A DNA stretch of 63,406 nt from a virus (Duplodnaviria > Caudoviricetes): the IMG/VR virus record IMGVR_UViG_3300042465_001918, positions 1 through 63,406 of that record; one strand, 5' to 3'. The notes under the pieces were generated by a model. It was not told where the DNA came from. It did not search any database and saw nothing but the letters and a program-made list of their open reading frames with translations. Shown one piece after another: positions 27,356-36,448 of this stretch (within the stretch, counting starts at the first letter, position 1; each line of letters begins with the position of its first letter). The position numbers and the translations under genes are program-made.

Positions 27356-30238
27356 TCAGCGGAGCAAAATAACATTGCAGTCATAAACATCTTGCAAAGT
27401 TCCGGTAGTGGTGCGTGCGCTCAGTCTAACTGCGGTTGTAGTTTTTGTAGTTGGCGCTGCGGTTGATGCGCTGGAGGCAAGGCCTACAACCATTCCCGCG
27501 CCGCCATTTGTAGCAATCCCGCCCAATGCGTAGTTTATATCTGGCAGCGCAGTTGTAAAGTTAACCGTGTAGTCACCAGTCCCATTATCAGTAATACTCG
27601 ACACATTACCACTAGCATTAATCGCCACAGTGCCTGTGCCGTTAAAGTTCACCCATGCGCGGCAACCGTAGGCCACAGCAGCAGAGCCGTAGCCAGAGTT
27701 GAACGAGAAGTTACCGCTGGAGTCGATATACAAGTTAGTGCTCTTAACCGAGCCAGCATCGTTCATGGACTGAATAGCAAAGTCACCTGCCGCAGTGATC
27801 TGCGTGACCAATCGGATGCGCTTTAGGTTAGTACCCTGATTTGTGCCGTCAAAGACCAAGCCGGGGTTGCCCGTGGAAGACAATTGCAGAAGGGCCGTTG
27901 GCGAAGCCGTCCCAATCCCCACATTGCCGCTGGAGTCGATAGCCATCCTAATGGCGTTAGATGTCTGGTCGTAAAAAGCCAGCCTACCGCCGCCAACAGC
28001 ACCAGACGAATTGTTGGTAGAGCCAATCCAATATTCAACTCCACCTGTTCCTGTATTGTTGATGGTGAATTTTGTTTCCGCGCTTGTACTTGTAAGCAGT
28101 CCAGAGCCTACGACATGCAACTTTGCACTTGGCGCAGTAGTCCCAATGCCCAAATCACCTGCGTTAGTAAGACGCATTCGCTCTGAACCACCAACTTGAC
28201 TAAAGACCAAATCAGGTGTTGCGGAATTTGATGCGCCTATATAGTAAATGCCAGTTCCAACGCCATATCGAACCCCCAACGCATAGATTTCTGAAGCCGC
28301 TACTAAATCAGTTCTTCCACCTGAGACATGAAGTTTTGAAGTTGGCCCCGTTGTCCCAATTCCCACGTTGCCGCTTGCGTCTTTGTAGAACTGACCGCTG
28401 CCAAGATTGACGATGCCCGTGCCGCCTGTCAGCGTGGTGCTGTAGGCGAGGGACGTAAACGCACCTGTGCTGGCTGTTGTAGCCCCTACAGTCCCATTTA
28501 TGTTGATGGAAGCTGTGCCTGTCAGGTTTGTCACCACACCGGAGGCTGGAGTGCCAAGAGCAGGAGTAACCAGTGTGGGGCTAGTCGCAAATACCAAAGA
28601 ACCAGAGCCTGTTTCGTCAGTAACGGCAGATGCAAGATTGGCTGAACTTGGCGTAGCAAGAAAGGTGGCTACGCCCGTACCTAGACCACTGACACCCGTG
28701 GCAATAGGCAAGCCTGTGGCGTTTGTTAAGGTTGCCGAGGAGGGAGTACCCAAAGCAGGAGTTACCAATGTGGGGCTGTCAGAAAGAACGACCGAGCCTG
28801 TGCCCGTAGAAGATGTAACGCCTGTACCGCCGTTGGCTACCGGCAGGGTGCCGCTGACATGGGTTGCCAGACCAATCTTGCCGTAGCTTGGGGCTGAACC
28901 AACACCGCCTGAAATCAGGGCGTTACCAACAGCTACGTCGGCCAGCTTTGCCAGAGATGTAGTGGTGTCTGCGTAGATCAGGTCGCCCACAGCGTAGGAA
29001 GTCTGGCCCGTGCCGCCCAGTGGGGCTGATACTGCGGTGAACCCCGTAGCCAACGAACCTGCTGCCAGTGCGCCTGTGCCTGTGAGGCCGGTGTAGGAAC
29101 CCGAGATGCGACCAGACGGCAGGGTACCCGAGGTGATGTTGGCTGCGTTGGTTGTGTCCGTTGTAGCCGAAGCGGCTAGCCCCGAGACTGCCCCAGAGGC
29201 AATGGCAATGCCTGTGTTCGTGACGCTGGTAACCTGCCCCTGCGCGTTGGTGACGAACACCGGGACGTTGGAGGCGGAGCCGTATGTACCGGCTGTGCCT
29301 ACGGCGGTTATGTTGAATGTGAACGCTGGAGACTCGTTCAGCCCTGTACCAGCCGTGTAGGTAATTGGCGCAGCGAACTGCTGGAAAACAATCGCTGTTG
29401 TACCAACTGTAATAGGCGGAGCAGTCTGCTGAACCCAAGCAGTATTAATGTTGGCAACACCGCCGGTTACCAAGAAGAAGTCGCCCTCGTCGATCTGGTC
29501 AACACCCGACCCAGCGGTATCAAAATCGGTAGCACGGGTCAAGATGTATGGCGTTCCAGCGGAGCCAACCTGCGTAACTGTGTAAACACCGTTGTTTGCT
29601 TGCGTGACTTCGTTCTTGACCAGAACCCGGTTTGCGACAACCGTAAGCGTTGAGTCCACAGACAGAGCGCCGTTGGCGTTTGCTGTAAGAGTTGCCCCTA
29701 CCCCAGATGTCCCGTTGTTGTACGTATTGGCTGGCAGCGCAGCGGTGGTTGCCAACTCCACGGCTTCATGGAAGTGAATGCCCGATGCAATAGCGTCAGC
29801 GTACTGCTTGTTGACAATATCTGTGTTGCTGGTTGGAGCCGTTGTGATTGTGCCCGTGGTCAGCGCAATCGAACTAGCCGTCAGAGCATTAAAAGTGTTC
29901 TGAACGGGGTAAGCACCTGCCGTATCCAAATAGACTGCACGCTCTGCTGGGTACGTAACAAACACGTCCTTGGAACCTGCGCTGAAAGACACCTTACTGC
30001 CCCCGGCGCTGGACTCAAGAACCGTTGTTCGTGTGAGAGTAGGGCCAGACGTTGTGTACGTGCCAATGCCCACCTCCCAGTCGCCTGTGATCGCATCCGT
30101 AGCGGCGTAGTAAGTGACGTTGCCGTCTCCAATAACGGAAAAGTTTTGGAACCCAAGAGACGCGCTTCCGAGGGTGAAGTCGCTTGTGCCCGTAGTTGTG
30201 GTCGTAACTTTAACGCGGTCTTTTACAACGAATGCCAT
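27356..30238 (-). CDS. Tail fibre protein
   Basis: DRVKVTTTTTGT N-terminus; G/T/S/A-rich; repeated G(N/D)(V/L)GIGT.P; CRAWVNFNG..NVSSITDNGTGDYTVNF tip. Confidence 0.88.
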   Translation of the reverse strand: MAFVVKDRVKVTTTTTGTSDFTLGSASLGFQNFSVIGDGNVTYYAATDAITGDWEVGIGTYTTSGPTLTRTTVLESSAGGSKVSFSAGSKDVFVTYPAERAVYLDTAGAYPVQNTFNALTASSIALTTGTITTAPTSNTDIVNKQYADAIASGIHFHEAVELATTAALPANTYNNGTSGVGATLTANANGALSVDSTLTVVANRVLVKNEVTQANNGVYTVTQVGSAGTPYILTRATDFDTAGSGVDQIDEGDFFLVTGGVANINTAWVQQTAPPITVGTTAIVFQQFAAPITYTAGTGLNESPAFTFNITAVGTAGTYGSASNVPVFVTNAQGQVTSVTNTGIAIASGAVSGLAASATTDTTNAANITSGTLPSGRISGSYTGLTGTGALAAGSLATGFTAVSAPLGGTGQTSYAVGDLIYADTTTSLAKLADVAVGNALISGGVGSAPSYGKIGLATHVSGTLPVANGGTGVTSSTGTGSVVLSDSPTLVTPALGTPSSATLTNATGLPIATGVSGLGTGVATFLATPSSANLASAVTDETGSGSLVFATSPTLVTPALGTPASGVVTNLTGTASININGTVGATTASTGAFTSLAYSTTLTGGTGIVNLGSGQFYKDASGNVGIGTTGPTSKLHVSGGRTDLVAASEIYALGVRYGVGTGIYYIGASNSATPDLVFSQVGGSERMRLTNAGDLGIGTTAPSAKLHVVGSGLLTSTSAETKFTINNTGTGGVEYWIGSTNNSSGAVGGGRLAFYDQTSNAIRMAIDSSGNVGIGTASPTALLQLSSTGNPGLVFDGTNQGTNLKRIRLVTQITAAGDFAIQSMNDAGSVKSTNLYIDSSGNFSFNSGYGSAAVAYGCRAWVNFNGTGTVAINASGNVSSITDNGTGDYTVNFTTALPDINYALGGIATNGGAGMVVGLASSASTAAPTTKTTTAVRLSARTTTGTLQDVYDCNVILLR

Positions 30239-30247
30239 TTTTGTTCC

Positions 30248-31039
30248 TTACGATGGCAGGATAGTCCAACCGGGGGCTTGTGTGTCTACAACATCACTCC
30301 ATCCGGGTGTCTGCGGGTTGTTTATATTTTGCCAGTTCGGCGTCTGACTGTTACTTACTGCCACCCAAACCCCGCTTTGTGCGTTGTTTATATTTTGCCA
30401 GTTTGGCGTTTGGCTGTCATCAATTACTGCCCATACAAGCACTCCGCCGATATAGACATAAAGCTGGATGCCGGTTGGATATACATTGGCTTCTCGCAAC
30501 GCTGTAAACGTCGCTACAGCGGAGGCCACTTCGGCTATTGTTCCGTTAAACACCGCCGTGTTGGTTACAACAGCAGCCCCAGACGCCGCCTCTGAAATAC
30601 TGACAGCAAACAGTGCCCCCCGCGTCATATCCGCTGCGCCCGAAGCTGCTTCCAAGATAGACGCAAGTACCACGGAGTTTGCCGTGGGTGTAGCAAGTGT
30701 TGTAGCGCCTTCTGCCACACTCCCCAACATCGTTGCAATAACTGTCTGAGCCGCTTGGGTTGACGCCGCCTCTGCTATCAAGCCCGCAAAAGTAGCTTGT
30801 GCTGTCTGTGCCGAAGAACTAGACACCGCTTCGGTAATTACGTTATTGAAGATATTGTTGATCGTATTGACAGCCGCCGCAGTGGACGCAGCTTCTGCAT
30901 TGGTGGCAACCAACACGTTGCCAAAAGAACTTACGGTGCTTGCGGAACTTCCGACTTCAGCTACTGCAACGTCAATCACCGCACCCCCGCTGCCTAGAGC
31001 AGCAAACGGGGCTTGGGCAAATGTTGCGTAGCCAAACAC
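30248..31039 (-). CDS. Putative tail/virion protein
   Basis: MFGYATFAQAPFA start; Ala-rich repeats; QTP(N/G)W repeats. Confidence 0.65.
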   Translation of the reverse strand: MFGYATFAQAPFAALGSGGAVIDVAVAEVGSSASTVSSFGNVLVATNAEAASTAAAVNTINNIFNNVITEAVSSSSAQTAQATFAGLIAEAASTQAAQTVIATMLGSVAEGATTLATPTANSVVLASILEAASGAADMTRGALFAVSISEAASGAAVVTNTAVFNGTIAEVASAVATFTALREANVYPTGIQLYVYIGGVLVWAVIDDSQTPNWQNINNAQSGVWVAVSNSQTPNWQNINNPQTPGWSDVVDTQAPGWTILPS

Positions 31040-31049
31040 CTATCCGCCT

Positions 31050-31622
31050 TTAGGTGGCAGTCAACGAGAATGTGTAGGTGACGTTCAATGTGTCGCCGCT
31101 GTCCACGAGCTTGTCGCCGCCAGTGAAGTCACCAGCAGAGAACAAGATACCGGAGGTGCCGCTATCCACGGTACACAAGAAAGCACCAGCGATTGTGACC
31201 GTAGCGTTCATAGCAAACGACGCTGGGGAGGCCGAGTTTGAGATCACCGACGGATTGGCTGTAGTGGCCGTGCCGAATACCGCTGCTTTACGAGCACCAG
31301 CGTAGGCTGAGCTTTCCGTCCAGCCAGCATGGCTAGCCAGCGTATCTCCAGCAGCAAACGTGGTGCCAGAACCGGGGCCGGTTACCAGACCCAAGAAGGG
31401 GGTGGCGGTATATGAAATACCCTTAAAGTAGTCCGTGACCATGTCCTGCACGCCCGTGTTCATGACGAGGTTGTGGAACGTGTCCGTCCACTTGACTTGA
31501 CCGTCAGGGCCAACACACTCAACGGAGTACACGCCGCCAGCGCCAAGGGTATCAAACGCTTGCTTGTTGGCGATCATGCCTGCTTGCACGGCGTCTTGAG
31601 TCTTGCTGTTTTCGATAGGCAT
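31050..31622 (-). CDS. Putative tail-fibre-associated structural protein
   Basis: KWTDTFHNLVMNTG...GDTLNVTYTF. Confidence 0.65.
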   Translation of the reverse strand: MPIENSKTQDAVQAGMIANKQAFDTLGAGGVYSVECVGPDGQVKWTDTFHNLVMNTGVQDMVTDYFKGISYTATPFLGLVTGPGSGTTFAAGDTLASHAGWTESSAYAGARKAAVFGTATTANPSVISNSASPASFAMNATVTIAGAFLCTVDSGTSGILFSAGDFTGGDKLVDSGDTLNVTYTFSLTAT

Positions 31623-31634
31623 AAAAGCTCCTGT

Positions 31635-32081
31635 TTAGCTTATTCTGACGATTGCGCTGGTGGCATCGGCGGTTGGGAAAATGATCTGAAACGTGTCGTT
31701 GGTGACCGTCTTGTCTGCACCAAAGTCCAACACCGCTACGGACTTGTTGCCCTCAGTGCTGTTGTAAATCAGAGCGCCACGCGCCGTAAACGATGCGCTT
31801 GCCCAAGATGAATTGGAGAAGCTAACAAACGCTGTGGGCACACTTGACTGATTGTTACCTGATGTAGGGCTGGTCGAGATGACAAGCGTGTTGCCGCCCG
31901 CCGTGTAGCCCGTGCCAACAACTTCTCCTGACGTTGTATATACAGTGGTTGTCGGGCCAATATTTGCCGCCGCTGTGTACAGCGCAACCTTAAAGGTGTC
32001 GGGGGATGCGGGGCCAAAGCTGTGAATTGCTTGAAGCAGTTCAACTTTAAAGCTCGTCGTTGCGGTTTGTGCGATGGTCAT
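31635..32081 (-). CDS. Putative tail structural protein
   Basis: SFKVELL, FKVALYT, GYTAGG, TARGALIYN, VLDFGADK. Confidence 0.7.
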   Translation of the reverse strand: MTIAQTATTSFKVELLQAIHSFGPASPDTFKVALYTAAANIGPTTTVYTTSGEVVGTGYTAGGNTLVISTSPTSGNNQSSVPTAFVSFSNSSWASASFTARGALIYNSTEGNKSVAVLDFGADKTVTNDTFQIIFPTADATSAIVRIS

Positions 32082-32734
32082 GTTACTGCCTGTCTATATT
32101 GGCCGGAACGATAAGCGTCTTGACGCTCCATACCGTCACCCAAACGTTTTGCGAGAGCGAGAGCTTCTTTGTACTTGCCATCGTACAAGGCCATCATGTC
32201 AGCCTCACCCTTCATGAAGGTATACGCTTCAACCAAGCTGCCATACAGCAGCACCGTGTCAAAGTTGTCACCCAGCCATGATGTACTCGCTGTTGCAATC
32301 GACTGTGGATAGTAATAGTAGTGAAGCTCTACGGAATACGTGGCATCTGGCGTAGGCCCAAGGATAAACGTAAGCTCGTTTGCGGAACTGCTTTGAGAAC
32401 CAAACAAGGCGTAGTACTTGGGGATGGCTGTATCAGTCGGCTGCGGGTATGCCTGACGAATGAAGTTTACGTCTTTGTTCAGCAAAAACTCATACGCGCC
32501 AAGCGCGTCAACCACTGCAATTGAGTACACGGCCAAGAAATCATCTGGACAAGCCAAGTACTTGTTGTTAGCCGTGACGCTGCCCGTCACATTCTTGCGA
32601 ATGGAGGGGAACTGAACCGTGTTGTAGATGCGCTGCTCCGCCTGCTCGACGAACACCGGAATGTTGTCAATGAAGTCTTGGTCGAAGTTCTGCGTGTAAT
32701 CGCAGATTGCAGCGGTCAACTCGGTGTAGTTCAC
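32078..32734 (-). CDS. Head-tail adaptor/tail tubular protein
   Basis: MNYTEL...FVEQAEQRI; GPTPDATYSVELHYY; LLYGSLVEAY. Confidence 0.7.
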   Translation of the reverse strand: MNYTELTAAICDYTQNFDQDFIDNIPVFVEQAEQRIYNTVQFPSIRKNVTGSVTANNKYLACPDDFLAVYSIAVVDALGAYEFLLNKDVNFIRQAYPQPTDTAIPKYYALFGSQSSSANELTFILGPTPDATYSVELHYYYYPQSIATASTSWLGDNFDTVLLYGSLVEAYTFMKGEADMMALYDGKYKEALALAKRLGDGMERQDAYRSGQYRQAVT

Positions 32735-32934
32735 GCCATTGGTCCCCGTGCCGTGATGCCTTTTGTGGCTGCGCCGTTACCACGGGTCACTATGCCTGTG
32801 GTTTTGGTGGGCTTGTAAGCGTTGCTGCGGTTGTTGCCAACAGACACGTTTAAATCCTTCATGTACTGATCGTTGTCACATGGAGGAATGACCGCCTTTG
32901 TTGGGGCTGGTCTGGTTTTATACGATATGGCCAT
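32731..32934 (-). CDS. Small basic protein with RGxGAATKG C-terminal motif
   Basis: Ends TRGNGAATKGITARGPMA; RBS AAGGAG. Confidence 0.7.
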   Translation of the reverse strand: MAISYKTRPAPTKAVIPPCDNDQYMKDLNVSVGNNRSNAYKPTKTTGIVTRGNGAATKGITARGPMA

Positions 32935-32944
32935 TTTTAACTCC

Positions 32945-33331
32945 TTAAGTGGTAACTGTAACTGTACCAATTTGCACGCCTAAAGCCAAGAGATTTGGCG
33001 TCAGCGCATCATCAAAAAACCTAGAGCCGCCCACTGGGTTCCATCCCCATTGGATGTTCCGGCTACCCCCGGTAGGGAACCCTGCCACGTTTAAACCTGC
33101 CACCACATACGTTGAGTCCCTGCGGGGGTTGCGTACCGCCTGCGGGTCATCAACCGGATACATGCCCAACTGAAGCTGTGGCTGATCAGGGTCAAAACAG
33201 GATGGACATACCAGCGTGTTGACCACCTTGGTTTTGACGATCTCTTTTCTCAGGTTGGTCAGTTTAAACTGAAAGCCACACCTGTCGCACATGGCAATGC
33301 TATTTTTGCCAGATGCATAACGATTGCCCAT
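32945..33331 (-). CDS. Conserved protein with CxxC pairs
   Basis: CDRCGF...VCPSCFDPDQPQL...DPQAVRNPR. Confidence 0.7.
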   Translation of the reverse strand: MGNRYASGKNSIAMCDRCGFQFKLTNLRKEIVKTKVVNTLVCPSCFDPDQPQLQLGMYPVDDPQAVRNPRRDSTYVVAGLNVAGFPTGGSRNIQWGWNPVGGSRFFDDALTPNLLALGVQIGTVTVTT

Positions 33332-34264
33332 TTAAGTTCCGCTCCCCAGATACTGACGGCGCGGGACAAACCGGATAGCTGCTTTTTCGCGGTCTTCATC
33401 CGAAGCGAGTTGCCACGCCTCATCGTATTGCTGTTTGAGCATGGGTAAACGCTCAAATCCCGCAGGGATCTTGCCAGCTATGTAATACGACAAGCCAGCC
33501 GCCATGCACGGAACGAACCGGAAGGGCACGTCCATGATGTTGACACCCCCACCAGCATCCTGTGTCCGGCGCAAGCGCCAGTAAGCCAGCGTATAGGTCT
33601 GTGAGCCATCCGGCGTGGGCCAGACGGTGACGGCTGGCAATTGCTCCCAGTACACCGCTGCACCAGTGGTATGGGCGGCTGCGGTGGTGTTGTTCTGAGC
33701 GCGGAAGCAGTTATTCAGGGTATTACCTGAGATGTAGCTGTAGTTGATGGTCTCGTTGTCAATTTTGACAAAGCCGGAGGCTGGTAGGCCCACAGTAGAA
33801 CTGAGGGTAATCGTTGTGGCTGTCGAAGTAATAGTACCGTTCAGCGTCAGACCAGTAGGCGAGCTTTGTGCGTTGTACCGTTGAATCCAGATCTGGATGG
33901 GCCGAGCCTGCTGAATTTTGTTTGGGATTGTGGCGTAGGTTGATACGCTGATCCGGGTGATCGTCAGGTCTGCCTGTGTAGACGTTGAATTGGCGCCAGT
34001 GCGGATGACGTGCTCGAGCAGGTCAATGGTGTCAGATGGCAGGGCGTAGGTGTTCTGGCCCTGCACGAAGGTAATGGTTCCCGGCTCAATCGACCACATG
34101 TTGATGCCGCGATTGGCCCAATCAGCAAACATGATGTTTAAACTGCGGCGGGCGGTACGTAGGTCATAGCCGGTACGCAGTTCGCCCCCGGCGCGTTCAA
34201 ACGCCTCCTCGACCAAATCGGTTAGGTCAAGGTTAAACGCGGAAGAGCCGGAAGTGTTTGCCAT
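33332..34264 (-). CDS. Head completion/tail tubular-A-like protein with inserted beta module
   Basis: EEAFERAG..RTGYDLRTARRSLN...WANRG; VWPTPD; DVPFRF. Confidence 0.7.
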   Translation of the reverse strand: MANTSGSSAFNLDLTDLVEEAFERAGGELRTGYDLRTARRSLNIMFADWANRGINMWSIEPGTITFVQGQNTYALPSDTIDLLEHVIRTGANSTSTQADLTITRISVSTYATIPNKIQQARPIQIWIQRYNAQSSPTGLTLNGTITSTATTITLSSTVGLPASGFVKIDNETINYSYISGNTLNNCFRAQNNTTAAAHTTGAAVYWEQLPAVTVWPTPDGSQTYTLAYWRLRRTQDAGGGVNIMDVPFRFVPCMAAGLSYYIAGKIPAGFERLPMLKQQYDEAWQLASDEDREKAAIRFVPRRQYLGSGT

Positions 34265-34497
34265 TATCTAAACCCTGCTGTTTTCTTTGCGATCTTCTTT
34301 GGTTGTGCTACGAACTGCTTCCCGGCGGCTTTTCCTGCTCGCTTGGCTTTGGTCGTTGCAGCGTACTCAGAAGGGCTGAGACTTTTAATCGCAGCGCTTG
34401 GAAGGTATCTTTCGCCTGTTTCAGAAGATTTTTTACCACTTTTCGTTCTCCATTTTTGGTCGCCCCAGTTTTTCAGGGACTGCTGTGGGGCTTTCAT
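34264..34497 (-). CDS. Small basic protein (DUF5872-like)
   Basis: QQSLKNWGDQKWRTKSGK...ERYLP...KQFVAQP. Confidence 0.7.
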   Translation of the reverse strand: MKAPQQSLKNWGDQKWRTKSGKKSSETGERYLPSAAIKSLSPSEYAATTKAKRAGKAAGKQFVAQPKKIAKKTAGFR

Positions 34498-34498
34498 A

Positions 34499-34738
34499 TC
34501 AGTCTTTGTAGCCGCCGCCAGCGGCTTTGTAGCGTTTAGCCATCAATTGGGCCTTACGGGCTGACCACTGACCTGCGCCCGTACCCTGTACTGCGGCAGC
34601 TTTGATGCTGTTAAAAATGCGCTTACGCAGCCCGGGCTTGGTGTAGTTGCCAGCAGCGTTGACCTTGCCACCCTTGGCCATCTTGGCTGCTTTCGGCAAT
34701 TTATTGGGGTTTACGGCCCCCATGCCACGGCTGGACAT
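34499..34738 (-). CDS. Small basic protein
   Basis: MSSRGMGA..MAKGG..NYTKPGLR..GQWSARKAQL..GGGY. Confidence 0.7.
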   Translation of the reverse strand: MSSRGMGAVNPNKLPKAAKMAKGGKVNAAGNYTKPGLRKRIFNSIKAAAVQGTGAGQWSARKAQLMAKRYKAAGGGYKD

Positions 34739-35229
34739 CAAAATTGAGTCTCCCAACGTTGCCCATTAACGATTTTATGGATTGTAGGCTGCCCCACTCC
34801 AAAAACACAGCTTATTTGAGACTGGCTAAATTTACCGCTGGCGTATAATTCTCGAATAAACAGAATTTGGCTGGCTACAAGTTTTGACATTCCATTTGCG
34901 GCTCCGAACTGTGGTTTCCCGCCAGACCTACCTTTAGCAACGCGGTCAGCAACATTGTCCGCATTAGTACCAATAAACAAATGCGCTGGATTCACACACT
35001 TGGGGTTATCGCACGAATGTAAGACATGCAAATTGGAGTCGAGCGAATCAAGCAACCCGTGCAAAACCGCCGAAACCCGGTGTGCTGTTCTACTTAGCCC
35101 TCTGTGTACATAGAACCACCCATAACCAATCGGCAGACAGTGGGCAGTCCACTCCCAGCAGCCGCCGACGCCCTGCTTATTGACCTTCGGCCAAAAGCGC
35201 ACATCAAGGGAAGCTGCCGTTTTACTCAT
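34738..35229 (-). CDS. HNH homing endonuclease with C-terminal HTH
   Basis: CWEWT..GYG..AHRVS..VLHSCDNPKCVNPAHL..GTNADN; overlaps both neighbours. Confidence 0.88.
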   Translation of the reverse strand: MSKTAASLDVRFWPKVNKQGVGGCWEWTAHCLPIGYGWFYVHRGLSRTAHRVSAVLHGLLDSLDSNLHVLHSCDNPKCVNPAHLFIGTNADNVADRVAKGRSGGKPQFGAANGMSKLVASQILFIRELYASGKFSQSQISCVFGVGQPTIHKIVNGQRWETQF

Positions 35230-35900
35230 ACCATCCTGCCTTTGGTCTTGCCACGCTGAGCAATACCATCACCGCGTTTAGATGTAGATGATACAGCGCC
35301 GCCCGAAGCCATTTTCTTGACTGGAGCCTTTGCTTTGACTGCGCCGCCTTTTTTCATAGCAGGTAGGAATTGTGAACCTAGGCTCATCCTTTCGCCAATT
35401 GGTGCTGCTCTGTCGCCGAGTAAACCGCGTAGTCCAGTCATACCCCCTCCTACACCGATTGGTGCTGGTGAAGTACCAACCGGCCCACCATCAGGCGTTG
35501 GCTCTGCAATACCTTTGTATTTTCTGTAAGCCGCGTCTTGCGCCCGCCCAACCGACCCAGAGCCTACGCTGCCAAAGTACGGAGAGTCGTACATATCCAT
35601 CGTAGCCGGTTTACCTGCCGAGTCTTTTTGAAACCCCTTGTACTCAGGCGAACTATAAAAAGCATCTTTTTTTCCCACCACCGGTTGGGGGGTTGGTGGT
35701 GCCAGTCTGGGTGCAATAACAGGTTTTGCCACCGGTCTGGGTGCAATAACAGGTTTTGCCACCGGTCTGGGTGCCATGACCGGTTTTGCTGCAACCGGTT
35801 TGGGTGCCATGACCGGTTTTGCTGCAACCGGTTTGGGTGCCATGACAGGTTTGCCCATCACAGGTTTAGGTGCGACCGGCTTAGGCTTAAAAATCGCCAT
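35226..35900 (-). CDS. Basic Pro/Lys-rich protein with C-terminal RGDGIAQRGKTKGRMV tag
   Basis: PV(M/I)AP(K/R)PVA(A)K repeats; MKKGG, MASGG. Confidence 0.75.
   Translation of the reverse strand: MAIFKPKPVAPKPVMGKPVMAPKPVAAKPVMAPKPVAAKPVMAPRPVAKPVIAPRPVAKPVIAPRLAPPTPQPVVGKKDAFYSSPEYKGFQKDSAGKPATMDMYDSPYFGSVGSGSVGRAQDAAYRKYKGIAEPTPDGGPVGTSPAPIGVGGGMTGLRGLLGDRAAPIGERMSLGSQFLPAMKKGGAVKAKAPVKKMASGGAVSSTSKRGDGIAQRGKTKGRMV
35705..35890. repeat. Coding tandem repeats (30-bp and 33-bp units)
   Basis: ggttttgccaccggtctgggtgc... and ggttttgctgcaaccggtttgggtgccatgac units in tandem. Confidence 0.85.
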
Positions 35901-35901
35901 A

Positions 35902-36189
35902 TCAAACCATCCTTCCACGAGTTTTGCCGCGCTGAGCAATGCCGTCGCCACGACGTGCGGTGACCTTGCCGCCCTTTTTCATCTGGACGGGGGTTGCTGT
36001 TGCGGGATTCTGTTCCATCTGTGCGGCGTCTGCTGCCCCTGCGTTGACCTGAACTAAGGGCGAGTTGTTGCCCAGACCAACAGAAGGCGTCGGCGCCGCA
36101 GGAGCCGACATCTGCCCTTGCCCAAACGGGTAGTTGGAATTTGCAACTACGCCGCCGTCGTCAAACCGTTTTGCTCTTTTTGTAGCCAT
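35902..36189 (-). CDS. Small protein with C-terminal RGDGIAQRGKTRGRMV tag
   Basis: RFDDGG...MKKGG..RRGDGIAQRGKTRGRMV. Confidence 0.75.
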   Translation of the reverse strand: MATKRAKRFDDGGVVANSNYPFGQGQMSAPAAPTPSVGLGNNSPLVQVNAGAADAAQMEQNPATATPVQMKKGGKVTARRGDGIAQRGKTRGRMV

Positions 36190-36191
36190 GA

Positions 36192-36446
36192 TTACACCAT
36201 CCGGCCTTTTGTGTGGCCCTTGGTGATGCAGCCATCAGCACGAGTGACACCACCGGACTTAAAGCGTTTGCCCATCTCCGTGCGAGTGGTTGGCGCTTTC
36301 TCCGCCGCCTTCTTGGCTTTTTCATCAGCCATCGTCTGCTTCATAGCATCTGTAGGTGGGGCGTCAGTGCCGCCAGAACGGGCTTCTTCTCTGGCTTTCT
36401 TCGCCAGAGTTTCTGCGTCAATTGCTGCTTGCTTTGCATCAGACAT
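36192..36446 (-). CDS. Small protein with C-terminal RADGCITKGHTKGRMV tag
   Basis: FKSGG then tag variant. Confidence 0.75.
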   Translation of the reverse strand: MSDAKQAAIDAETLAKKAREEARSGGTDAPPTDAMKQTMADEKAKKAAEKAPTTRTEMGKRFKSGGVTRADGCITKGHTKGRMV

Positions 36447-36448
36447 AA

